64,000 bases of DNA from Lingula anatina (taxonomy: Eukaryota; Animalia; Brachiopoda): NCBI GenBank assembly GCA_051362555.1, contig CM120642.1:24676001-24740000 (forward strand), in the 5' to 3' direction. The position numbers and the translations under genes are program-made. Below are positions 1 to 10,868 of the stretch, piece after piece (the stretch's first letter is position 1; every line of letters begins with the position of its first letter). Below the pieces are notes generated by a model, which worked only from the letters and a program-made list of their open reading frames with translations, was not told the DNA's origin and did no database searches.

Positions 1-47
1 GAAATAAAAAGTCATGTAAAGGTATCAATAAAACAATCTAATCTCAC

Positions 48-155
48 CCATTAGGATTGATGTCAATTCCTAGAACAGACTTGAGATGTCCCTCCATAAA
101 CATGATACAGCGCCCAGTCCTTAGGTCCCACACACGACCAAAGCCATCCAAACCA
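48..155 (-). CDS. PRPF4: PRPF4 coding exon 11 ([36 protein letters not shown]); the gene continues beyond the window
   Basis: WD40 repeat; GT donor at 47. Confidence 0.95.
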
Positions 156-2197
156 CTAGAAATTACACAAAAACATAATGTCATTGAATGGACTGGCTGT
201 TAAAGACACATGATCTGGGCATGTAAAATAAGTTTTTTTCCTCGTAAGAGTTTTAAAGACTGAAAAGAAAGTTAATGTACCTCTAGTAGGTACATTCTTT
301 TGTAAATCAAAACTAAGAAAATAACTTGGTGCCAAAATTAGGCAGAGATGGAAGACTTTGTGAATGTATATATTTATTGATCCAGAAATGATACAATTTC
401 ACATTTCCTATCCTATGACTCATTATAGTCTTAACAACAGGGAATTAATATCAAAACTGTACTGTTAAAAGGGAATTCCACACTATCTATATATTTATAT
501 ATCCATACATTACCCTGTTGCTGCTAAGGATCCATCTCCCTGGAATGCTATGTCATATACAGGTTTACTATGACCCTCTTGGTGTAAAATCTCCTCCTGT
601 GCCTCTAGATCCCAGAGCCTCCAGGAATTGTCAAAACTGAAATAGAAGTGTTCTTTTTTTCACATTTCTCCATAATCCAATAAGTTGATATAGAATTTGA
701 AAGGGACATCTCATTTCTCAAGTTGTAACAAATTAATTTGGAACACTGCATCAAATGCATTCTGTCACAGGCTACAGGTGTAAGATCTTTGCTCAATTCT
801 TAAGTTTTTATGTGTTACTGTAACAAGATTGTGAGAGATTTTTTTTCAGAATTTGTTTTTAAGTTTGTAAAAAATGAGCTGTATATTTGCACATTCTGTC
901 CTTCAATACTCCCATTCAATATTTAATCACATAAGATTCTTATCTGCATATTAGCCTTAGTTCTTACTGTACCAGGATAGTACATATATGACAACACAGT
1001 AAAAAGCATTTTATCTAAAAACAATCTGTGCTGGACAAGGTTATTTTTTATCACCACCATGGTTACACAACACATATTAATAACGTCACTAGGGTGAAAG
1101 TTGTAAAAACTGAAAATCCTGAAAACGTAGCTTACAATTTCTCATCGCTAAGTGAAAAAACCAAAACCAAAATAAAGACTGAAAGTCCTGAAATCATGCA
1201 CAATCCTGAAAACATTCCTCCATGAAAATAATATGACAAAATCTTACCAACATGTGGCCAGGAACCTCCCTGACGGATGGTATGCCAGTCTGCTCACACG
1301 ATATGGTGCATGTCCTTCTATGTCTGCCACAGGCTCCTCACTGAGGGGAAAAACACAGCATTACTGGTTAAGAATCAGCAAGTATAAAACAACAGTAATT
1401 ATATGAATCACTTTAAGCAAAGTTAGAAACTACAATTTATATGTTAGGCACTTAAAATTATATATAAAAGATTACATTAATGTGTCCTGAGAATGAATAC
1501 AATTAAACTAGCATAGCACTAGGACATATCCCTGTAAGCAACAGACCAGTAAATTATTAGATAATTATTGTAATATAACTTAAATAAAAAGATACCAATT
1601 TCCCCATCACACCTCTCTTTTAATGAAAGGCTTGATTTTTTTAATAACGACATAGCTTTTAATTAAAATCTTACCTTTCTAAATTCCAGAGCTTGACTGT
1701 CCCATCCTGTGCACAGGAGGCCATGCAGCACGCCCTGTTGTCAAGGTTAACTGTGGCCTCTGGGTGGAATACTATTGCTCCAACATTACAGTTGTGACCT
1801 GAAGGGTGCAGTGAAATATAAATATGGTACAATATTCGGGCGATGCCTTACTGGGATAAAAAAATTAACTTGAATATGATTCTTAGTTTTAAATCAGTAG
1901 CAGTATTACTTATTACTTTATAAAACACAGGGTTTGCTATTACTAGTATATCTACAATTAAAACATTTTTCTTACTTCTGAATGTTCTTGTTAAACAGAT
2001 AGAACCATTTCTCTTCAGCTATTAAGTAGCACAGGCATACCTACCTCGGAGTGTTCTGATGGCACTACAGTCAGGAATAGACCACAACTTGCAGAGCCCA
2101 CTCCTGTAAATTTAGAAATCAATTCTTTTTATTTATTGTTTCAAAATAATACAATTTTAAGCAGAGTGTTAATGTACGTGTGTGGGTGTTTGTTAGC

Positions 2198-2255
<58 letters not shown>

Positions 2256-4674
2256 ACTCACCATGATGCAGTAACCAACATCTTCGAGTTAGGGCTGAAC
2301 TGACAGAATGAGATTGGTCTGTTATCTCCTATCTGACTGTACTCATTGGTTAAAGACTGGAAGAAAGACAGGTATTTGTCATATATACAATCAGATATGA
2401 GGAAAACTTTGGAGAAAATGAAGGACCAGAGGACCTGCACTACAAGAAATCTGCAGGTCCTCCCAATTCTGTGCTGGTCTGAACTAATATTTTATTTCCA
2501 TTCATCTATGTTTGAATGTGATTTATTATGATGTATTATATTTCCACATAAACTTTTTTAGTTTGGCATTCTGGCATTTCAAGCAGTCATGAAAAGTCAG
2601 ACAGGCAATTTCCCCATATAATCAAACATAAAATCTTTTTTAATATCGTGTCAATCAGATTTATCACTGACAGTCTAGAGGAAATATAATCAACCTGAAA
2701 TCAAATAAGAAGTGAAAAGTACAATCATGCTTACTCTTAGCTTCTTGTGTAATTCTTGGGTTCTAGCTTGCCTCTTGGCCTCTGGAATATTTTTCTCTTC
2801 TCTGGCCTTACGCAGTCGTTCTCGTGCTCTGAAAGGTAACACATGGTCAAAATATATCTTTTTATCACTAGATTATGTAAAATAGAGACCATTTCAAAAT
2901 TCATATTCAAGAAACAACTGTCTTCTAAGTGAGACATGTACAGTTACATGTTACACATGTTAGAATCATCAGGAGTTTTAGAGAGGATAATTGTCAAGCC
3001 AACAAGTCAATTAAAAAGTCCCATCTTTTTCAACCATACCATTGAAGATGTTGTGGTAAATCTAAGGTCCAGGAATAGTAATCATTCTGTCAAATCAAAA
3101 CAGAAAAAGAATCAAATTTAGATACTGCCATAAAAACACATGCAAGGCTAGATACATAATTATCACTTATTTGATCAAAGTTTCAAATGTTTCACCTTGG
3201 CAAGGAATATTTGGCTATCCACATTCTGGCATCCTGCAGCGTTTCTGTCCCCTCATGATACCACGTCACATCATCAGGCTTGTCCTGTGCCTTTTCAGCT
3301 TCAACTTCCTTCTTAATGGCATCTGTCCCAATGTCTGCCAGCAGGGCTCTCAGTCTCTCCCTCCTATCAGCAGGTCCCTCCCCAAACAAACCTTTGTAAC
3401 ATGGGAATTGCTTATTAAAAATAACTTCATAAATAAACAAATTCAAAAGTCAAGAGCTCTGTGTTTATGTCCGAGGTCATAGCTATAACTTGCCCACTGA
3501 ATTAATTATAAATTGGCAAAAAAGGGTACTCTTCAATTCAGGTTATTTTAGTGGTCTATTAAAATAAAGTAACTATTAGTAAAATATTACCCATTTCTGT
3601 CTTGTTATATAACACAGGTGCACAATTTCATTGCATTGGACTATCATAATCTTAGGTTAAAACGGATCTTTCAGTCTAAATCTATTTCTACCTTTCTGGC
3701 CCTGCATTCAGTGATCTACTTACATATTGGCTCTCCCAGTTGCCGCAGATTAGCCTTGACTTCTAAATCATCTGTGGATACTTGGATTTGTCGAGCCTGC
3801 AATATGAGCGAATTTTTAGATATATATATAAATATATATTTAAATACTTTAAATGCAATATGAACTGGACTCCTCTGAGCAATTACATGCTATGAAAAAT
3901 AAATTTGCATCTATTTTCAAGGGACAAAAAGTAGATTTTGTTACAAGAAAACTTGTCATAAATTAATTTAAAGCAACCCAGATTCTCACATAGAGTTGCA
4001 TTTAATTTCTTTCTTTTTGTGTTTTATTTCTTGTTCTTGCAACAATTATCTTCTTCAACTTTAAAATCTTGCATTATATTTATCATACACATACCCTTTT
4101 ACGTTTTTCAAAAAAGGCAAGTACAGCTGCATTGGAATCTGGGCCATCAGCTTCTTCTATTTCCATTGTTTCTGAAACAAACGTGCTTCCTTGTAACCTC
4201 TTTATCCTAACCATAAGTTTTTGTGGGTCTTTATAACAACCAAATATTAAATATGCCACAATTTTTCATGACTGGTGTATCATTATTACCAAAAGGTCTT
4301 TGCCAGAGATTATCATTGTGAAAAGGCTTATTTGTTAGAAACTGAAAAATAAAAGTCCAGTGCATGGCATAACAAACAAACAATAAATACTCCATTTATA
4401 TAATATTTTTTTTCAATGACTAGATTGCCTTACATGAAGTCATTTGATTTTCACTTTTCAAAAATGGTTTGACAAAAGAAAAAAAAAAATGTACAAGGTG
4501 AATTGTACTATCCAAACCTTCTGATATATTAATATTGCCAGCTGCAATGGCCGACTGGATAGCCTCCCCACTGCTTCCTGACAGCAGACGAAGCTTTTCT
4601 TGCTGCTCCAGACTTCCATAGTTTATTGTCTTCTTTGGCCGCACATAAGTAACATTATCCTCTTCGTCAGACAT
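48..4674 (-). CDS. PRPF4: U4/U6 small nuclear ribonucleoprotein Prp4 (PRP4/SFM motif + WD40 repeats), 3'-partial. Coding exons: 4518-4674, 4095-4171, 3724-3796, 3196-3391, 2735-2828, 2262-2356, 2045-2103, 1675-1798, 1248-1340, 514-636, 48-155
   Basis: All introns are GT-AG and phase-compatible. The spliced peptide MSDEED...[45 protein letters not shown]...TWYHEG...[33 protein letters not shown]...[13 protein letters not shown]...[21 protein letters not shown]...[49 protein letters not shown] matches recalled metazoan PRPF4. Confidence 0.96.
514..636 (-). CDS. PRPF4: PRPF4 coding exon 10 ([10 protein letters not shown]...GDGSLAATG)
   Basis: WD40 repeat; AG/GT flanks. Confidence 0.95.
1091..1225 (+). 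repeat. Interspersed repeat; inverted homolog at 26579-26700
   Basis: GGGTGAAAGTTGTAAAAACT..CTGAAAAC.TAGCTT..AAGACTGAAA shared in reverse complement. Confidence 0.7.
1248..1340 (-). CDS. PRPF4: PRPF4 coding exon 9 ([31 protein letters not shown])
   Basis: WD40 repeat; AG/GT flanks. Confidence 0.95.
1675..1798 (-). CDS. PRPF4: PRPF4 coding exon 8 ([12 protein letters not shown]...[11 protein letters not shown])
   Basis: WD40 repeat; AG/GT flanks. Confidence 0.95.
2045..2103 (-). CDS. PRPF4: PRPF4 coding exon 7 ([20 protein letters not shown])
   Basis: AG/GT flanks, in phase. Confidence 0.94.
2200..2252. repeat. (GA)n microsatellite
   Basis: Seen directly. Confidence 0.98.
2262..2356 (-). 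CDS. PRPF4: PRPF4 coding exon 6 ([32 protein letters not shown])
   Basis: First WD40 repeat; AG/GT flanks. Confidence 0.95.
2735..2828 (-). CDS. PRPF4: PRPF4 coding exon 5 ([31 protein letters not shown])
   Basis: AG/GT flanks, phase 2 to 0. Confidence 0.92.
3196..3391 (-). CDS. PRPF4: PRPF4 coding exon 4 ([14 protein letters not shown]...WIAKYSLPR)
   Basis: Lies within ORF 3192..3446; conserved motif; AG/GT flanks. Confidence 0.95.
3724..3796 (-). CDS. PRPF4: PRPF4 coding exon 3 ([24 protein letters not shown])
   Basis: PRP4/SFM motif; AG/GT flanks. Confidence 0.94.
4095..4171 (-). CDS. PRPF4: PRPF4 coding exon 2 (ETMEIEE...AFFEKRKR)
   Basis: AG/GT flanks, phase 1 to 0. Confidence 0.9.
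4518..4674 (-). CDS. PRPF4: PRPF4 first coding exon ([23 protein letters not shown]...GNINISE)
   Basis: ATG at 4674-4672; GT donor at 4517; an upstream acceptor (ttttcatttccag) at 4706 implies a further 5' exon. Confidence 0.88.
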
Positions 4675-4728
4675 GTTTCTCACTCAGTTGGTTGCAACTT
4701 GAAGGCTGGAAATGAAAATGTAGGCTAA

Positions 4729-4942
4729 GGGCGTATTCCCAGACATTTAGATTGATCTATCTCCGTGGGGAGTCTCACTAGATTACTGTCAGATAATCCG
4801 GCTTAAATGTCCATCCTGCCTACTACAAGCTGTAAGGGGGTAATTAACTTTCGTGCCCGCTCGGCTGACAGCTATTTAGCGTGAACCCCCAGGGAGTTAG
4901 GTCAATCTGGTTTGGATTGATCTAATCTCTGGGAATGGAATC
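4729..4942 (-). mobile_element. ~215 bp Harbinger/Tourist-like MITE, family 1, subtype A
   Basis: TIRs (ATTCCCAGA..TAGATTGATCTA); TAA/TTA flanks; reverse-complement homolog of 43054-43267. Confidence 0.88.
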
Positions 4943-5336
4943 TTACAGTATAACTAGAACTGGAGTTGAAGATGACAAGATATAGAAAAAAACTTTCCAG
5001 GGGAGTTAGAGGTGGTTAGAAGCTCTCTTTTGATCTTCTGTAAACATCACAGAAAATGTTTCAGTTCACATAAATAGCCTTAAAACTGGCAACTGAATCA
5101 AGCTAAAATCAGAGACACGTACGCAGTGCTTGTAACAACAAATAAAAATCAATGTCAGGGTAATATACCTGAAAATCAATTTAATACCACAAATTGAAGG
5201 TAAAATGTACGTATTTGGAAATTTCCTTAAGTAAAAGTTCCAGCGTCTACATATCTTTCAGAGCTATTAATGATTCCCAATTCATACCTTAATACCGTTT
5301 TCATACAGTTGCTTAATTTATTCTTATTTTTTGTAG

Positions 5337-8300
5337 GTTGTGTGTTCCCATGACTGAAGATGTGTTTAATCTCTGGAGTAAGGATGACATTGACTTTATT
5401 TGCAAGTGCTGTGCCTTTACAGTAGATGCAGCCTATTGATTTCGAGGCTGCTTGCAGGCGATTGGGCAATAATCCTACCCAGGTACTGTAATCAAGCTTC
5501 ATAACCTCGCCTACTTTCTTGGTCTAGAAGCACATCTCAACATTTACCACGATGTATACATTACAGTGCTAAGCTTACTGGTTTTGTGACAGGCCAACTA
5601 AAAAGGCTTGAACTGACCGTATTATTCAGAAAATGTGCCCAACTAGTGATTTCTCTAATCAAAATACACAGATTTTGTAAATATTGAGCTTTTAAAAGAT
5701 GCCATATGCTAGGTTTGGAAGTTAATAGGTTGGAGCCAGTATGTTAAACTAGCAAACTGAGCTGTCATTATAAGGTTGCTTGATATGAAAAAAAGGGTAC
5801 ATATATATATGCATCAGGAACCTCCTGATCATCTCCATATTTTATCACTTTTTTAATGCTTATAACTTATGCTTATTGGGAAGATTATAAACAGATCCGA
5901 TCCATCATTACATTGTCATTATATCTGATATTCATTTCTACTGTTTTTTTAGGTTGCTGTAACATATCAGAGCAGCTGCTGCTCAGAACATATGAAATTT
6001 CACTTCCAATGAGATCACATCCAAACCTGGCAGAGGGAGATCCAGTGTCATTCAAAATATTGAGGTTGTTTCATCCAATATTGCTCCATACCCATAAACC
6101 TTTGAAGGTGGGCACTGATGGAAACTGCCTATACAGGGCACTATCCCTTGGATTATATGGTACAGAGAACAATCATCTGCACCTTAGGCTCCTGACAGCC
6201 ATGAAGATAATCACCCACCGAAATAACTACGACATACAGCCCCATCGCTACAAAGGACATCTATGTGCCACTGTTGCAGATAGCTTCAACAATGAGGTGT
6301 ATGCAGCATGCAGGCCAGGCCAATGGTCTGGGATGACACACATGAATGCTGCAAATGCAGCACTGAAGGTGGCCCTCAGGTAATACTTTCAATTATTAGT
6401 ATTTTACAGATAAAAGAAACTTTGCAGTGGATTTTAATGCATTACATCTATAGATTCTGATGTGGAAACAATGGTCTTTTCCACAATTTAATTTTCATGT
6501 ACAAATGGTAACCTACAGATATCTTTTGATCATCCTTTCAGTAGTCATACGTCATAAGAAATTTTGTTTTTCATGTTGAATTTCGCATTTAGATTTAATT
6601 GAAGATCCAAATTGATTTTAATTTATCATTGAACACTATTATTCCATTTTCTTTTATCAGGTCCTACTGTCCACCAGTTCTGAATGAGAACTTTGTGACA
6701 GCACCTTTTTCCAGGAAAATCACAGGTAGAGGAGTTTCCCAGTCTGCTTAATTGCAGAAGTGGTCATCATCTGGACAAGTGTAGGCGTGCCCAAAACTGT
6801 CAATCAGTTCCGTCCAGACCACTTCAGCACACTCATAGAATTAATCCAACAGCCAGCAGTTATTGTAGACCTCAACAGTAGTCTCACTGAGCGTGAACTG
6901 CAGTACACCAACTTGGATGACAGTGACCAAGGGCCTGCAAACCCACCAACTTCTGCACCCCAAAATCTCGAGTCGGCATGCAACACCTTTGTCAGTGACC
7001 CCACCACTGACCAAGGGCCTGCAAGCCCACCAAATTCTGCACCCCAAAATTTCCAGTCAGCATGCAACACCTTTGTCAGTGAGCCCACCAGTGACCACAT
7101 GCCTGCGAACTCACCCATGGACCACGAAAATTCCAATGAAACTATGGAGGTTGATCAGTCATGGGAGGATGAGGGGACAGCAATAGGTGGGACACCTTTA
7201 CACAATGAGGGGGCGCCACTGACTGAGCTGCCCAGGCTGTTAGTGGCTCTCCTAGTTTTGTGATTTTTTGTAACTAGAAGGAGAAGGAGTAACACAAGGT
7301 TTTACCGGTGGATGAAGTCATTTCATTACTGACGTCAGCTTTAGCACCAACAATCACTGAAATATCCCCAGGCAAGAAAGAAAATATAAATGTTTATCAT
7401 AGACAACCGACGTAATGCTGCCCGCATCCAGGCAGGACAAAAACAAGACCTTTCTGATGATTGTCGAGCGTGGAATCCAAGTCCCTTGCCATTGACAAGA
7501 ATGGCGTTTAGAGATGGCAAATGGAGCCAGCTAGTGCTGAAGAATGACCAATATTACACTGAAACACAAGTGAAAAACAAGAGAAAATTGCAACTTTTGG
7601 ACAAACAACCAAATCAAGTAATAACATTACAAAGGAACTACCAGACACTTAAAAAGGACTCTAACTACAAAAGAAGAATAAGTATACTCCAAAACAGACC
7701 TGATAAATCACTTGTGGAGTATATCGGACAGTATCCAGGACTTGCCCCCCACAGTAACTTGAGCCATTTGAATGCTCAACATTATGTTTAAACAAACACT
7801 ACCATATTAGAAGAAATAGCCTCAAAAGCTAAGACCTCCAAGCATAAAGAAATATATCAGGGCATGATCAGGGAAAATGAAGAGCCGAGGAGGCCAGCAA
7901 ACTTAAAACAAGTACAGAATAAGGTGCACAAATAAGGTGAGAAAGGAGAATTCGGGGCCTACTGACAGCAGCGGAGGACAAAATCTGGCGGACAACTTAA
8001 TCAACCTCCATGGACAAATACACCATCACCCCTTCCTGAAGAAAATAATTCACGAGAAAAATAAATGTTCTACATTTATCCTGTATACAGAAAAACAGAT
8101 TGCAGATCTCAAGAGGTTTTGTTGTGCGGGGCCAGTAACATATGGTACAGTGCTTGGAATCGATTTAGGACAATTACATGTTACGGCTACGGTGTACAAA
8201 AACCTGGCCCTGGTTAGGCGTTCAGCAGACAACCCACCTCTCTTCCTAGGCCCAGTCATGGTCCATGGTACATCAGACTGGAAAACGTACGCCTCGTTTA

Positions 8301-9030
8301 TAGACACATTGGCTAGGGAGTTGGATGGATGAGCCAGCTCCCCCATCATTGGATCTGACCATGAAAAATATCAGAAAGGCTGCCAAATTTTTCTTTCGAA
8401 GAGGCAAAGTTGTTATCATGTGAAAGACACTTGAAGCAAAATTGTATTATGCACCTCTGGGACAAAGTTGGTGTCGAGAGCTCGACAAGACAACAAATTA
8501 CTACAACAATTTTTGGACCCTCTGGATTGACTTCAGCACCGTCATAACCAGTCCTAGAGGCACATCAGGAAATGACCCAAAAGGTAATAGAGGATAAAGC
8601 CCCAGAATTTTTACCATATTTCAATCAGTATATCTACCCTTATATCCAGGAAAATTTAGAGACCAATATCAGCCAAGAAGGGGCATATCTTCACTGGACC
8701 AACAACAACTGCGAAGCAATTAATCACGTGCTCAAAATGAAAACCCAGTGGAGACAACAAGACATCCCAGCTTTAATCAAGAGTTTGTATGAAGTCGTAG
8801 AGAGCCAGCAAACAGACGCTGAGAGGGCCAATATAAGAAGAGGAGAATTCACTCTGGGCAATCATTTCTCTTCTTTTGGCATGGACTATATCTTGGACCA
8901 GAAAGTCTCAAGAGCAGAGAGAAAGATACCTTATGAAAGTCATGAAAGCTTCCAAGATGAAAAGCTAAATGGTTTTGTCCACCACTGGTTTGTATGTCAA
9001 ACCATCCTCTTCAAAGGGGAAAAAACTTGA
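5337..9030 (+). mobile_element. Decayed Mutator-like (MULE) element pseudogene: PHD-like exon (5337-5482), vertnin/OTU-like domain (5953-6379 + 6661-6840), low-complexity linker, DDE transposase (~7350-9030)
   Basis: Fragments: CVPMTEDVF...FICKCC; GTDGNCLYRALS...FRPDHFSTL; MULE-type VLGID(x)LG, IIGSDHEK, CERHLKQN (CxxH), WTNNNCEAINHVLK; multiple stops and frameshifts; GT-AG introns; no TIR pair found. Confidence 0.72.
6922..7116 (+). repeat. 84-bp in-frame tandem repeat, ~2.3 copies (DQGPANPPTSAPQNLESACNTFVSDPTT)
   Basis: Unit starts at 6925, 7009 and 7093. Confidence 0.9.
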
Positions 9031-9182
9031 CCGATGCACGAGGCCGAGAGCTGCGAGAACAGCCACTATAAAATGAGGTCATGGAAATGAAAGGGAACAG
9101 GACAGTAAATAGACTCAGTAGCCTACCCTATCTCCAGGTAGAGGTGGGGTAAACAGATTATCTCTCTTGTTCAGGTATCCCT

Positions 9183-9851
9183 TTGATAATAGAATACACA
9201 CAGTCTGAACGTGGCGGTCTTAAACTCATCTTTGAGAATTATGTTTATGTTAAGCAGAAAGAGTTAGTCAGTGGGGTCATTTCATATGAGTGCACCATGA
9301 GACGGAATCATGGCTGCAAAGCAAAGGTTAAAATTCTGGGAAATGATGTTGTGGACATCAAATGGAGAGCAATTTCTGCTTTATGACAGTAGGAAAGGCC
9401 AAGCTAGCCACATGTTGGTATTAGCAACAGAGAACAACTTAAGAACTCTGGCTGCATCTGCAAACTGGTTTTGTCATAGAACTTTTAAGACCACCCCAGA
9501 GCAGTTCTTCCAGCTAGTGACTATCCATGCACTCCGTGAGGGCCATATCCTCTCATGCATTTACGCCCTACTCCCAAAACAAGACAGAAGAGACATATAA
9601 TCATTTGCTGAGTAAGCTCAAGGAACTTAGGCCTGAGCTTGCTCCTGATACTATAATGATGGACTTTGAAATAGCTCTAGGTAATGCTTTCCGCCATTCC
9701 TTACCAAATGCCCAAGTGAAAGGATGTTTTTTCCACCTCAGCCAGTGCATATGGCATAAAGTTCAAGAAGCTGGGCTTTCCAATCAATACCAGACTGATA
9801 GTGATTTTGCTACAATGGTTCAGAAAATCCCTGGGGAATTGTCCTGATACC
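9183..9851 (+). mobile_element. Internally deleted FLYWCH-MULE transposase fragment with a probable right terminus
   Basis: FLYWCH-like SERGGLKLIFENYVY...YECTMRRNHGCKAKV; WFCHRTFKTTPEQFFQLVTIH (degenerate DGTF motif); IMMDFEIAL...GCFFHLSQCIW; frameshifted; ends in TIR-like GGGGAATTGTCCTGATACC. Confidence 0.85.
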
Positions 9852-10461
9852 AGTCAGTAGGTAGACATGAAGAAGAGAACTGGAGGTGGAGAGCTGTATT
9901 TTAAGTTGTATTTAAAGTTATGTGTAAGGGTTGGGTGTCGAGCTTGCTTTGGTAGGACGGGGAAGACTAGCTTTGGCGTTTGTGTGCACATATTGATGAC
10001 TACAGAAAGAGAACAATTAGCATAAAATGATGTTATTTTGTTTAAGGCTTACATGAAAACTGTCCCTGTTGTCTTTTTGGTTGGCAAAAAAGATGCGTAG
10101 TATCTGTCAGAAAAACCTTTAGAAATGTTTTGTCTCCATGAATGATAGAACTAGGATCCCACTAAAATACTACTGTTATGCCAACTAACGGGAAACGATT
10201 ACAGTAGTCGTATAAGAATGCAACCCACGAAATCCCCACTTTGCTTCATTTTCCGTCTTACAAGTTACGTGCTAAGCTGTAGCTGCAGTAAGCACCTAGC
10301 CTGTAAAACTAACAGTGTAACTGTAACTTGTGAGGCCAAAAACTGAGGCCAGACCCCTCTAAATATGAGTCCCCGCAATATTACTTTTGAAGATCTAGGC
10401 GATACACTGGGCATGTTTCTTCGATACATCGCACTCTGAATGTATTTGTTCGTGTACTTAC

Positions 10462-10550
10462 CCTACTTTCTTAAAACAAGTAGACTAAATTCATTGATAA
10501 TCAAAACGCACAGTTAACGTTTACAAACTCATGGGCGCAGCCATGTTTTA
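10462..10550 (-). other. PRPF4: Probable non-coding first exon of PRPF4, containing a short uORF MAAPMSL* (10521-10544)
   Basis: Strong donor AGG|GTAAGT at 10461 on the - strand inside the CpG-rich promoter zone; the acceptor at 4706 needs an upstream exon; the TSS is not determined. Confidence 0.55.
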
Positions 10551-10690
10551 ATTACCCACAATACCGTGCACCAACCGGTGTGATGATCACAGATGCAATC
10601 TGCGACGGGGCGCAACTAACACAATTGATGTAAATATCCGGAAATTGATTGGGAATGCTAAAACTTGTGTATTAGGTCACCTCGAATAAC
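10545..10690. promoter_or_regulatory. Bidirectional promoter shared by PRPF4 and DPP7
   Basis: Locally CpG-rich between divergent first exons; ZNF143/Staf-like TACCCACAATACCGTGCA at 10553-10570; ETS-like CCGGAAAT at 10638-10645; YY1-like AACATGGC on the - strand at ~10540-10547. Confidence 0.6.
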
Positions 10691-10868
10691 ATGGTGCCAT
10701 TATATAAGGTGCCGTCGCTTCTTCTGTGTATTTGCACATTGTTTTTACCGGTAGCACATACTTCAGAAGATGTGCCGTTTGTTGAGAAATATTTTGACCA
10801 ATATCTCGATCATTTTAATTTTGCAAGCTTTGGCAGAAAGACGTACAAGCAGCGTTACTTGATACAAG
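10691..10868 (+). CDS. DPP7: DPP7 exon 1 (signal peptide, YFDQYLDHFNF)
   Basis: ATG at 10691; donor GTAAGT at 10869. Confidence 0.93.

Noticed and set aside
6804-8349. Antisense and alternate-frame ORFs over the MULE relic
   Set aside because: Shadow ORFs of the + strand transposase and the 84-bp repeat.
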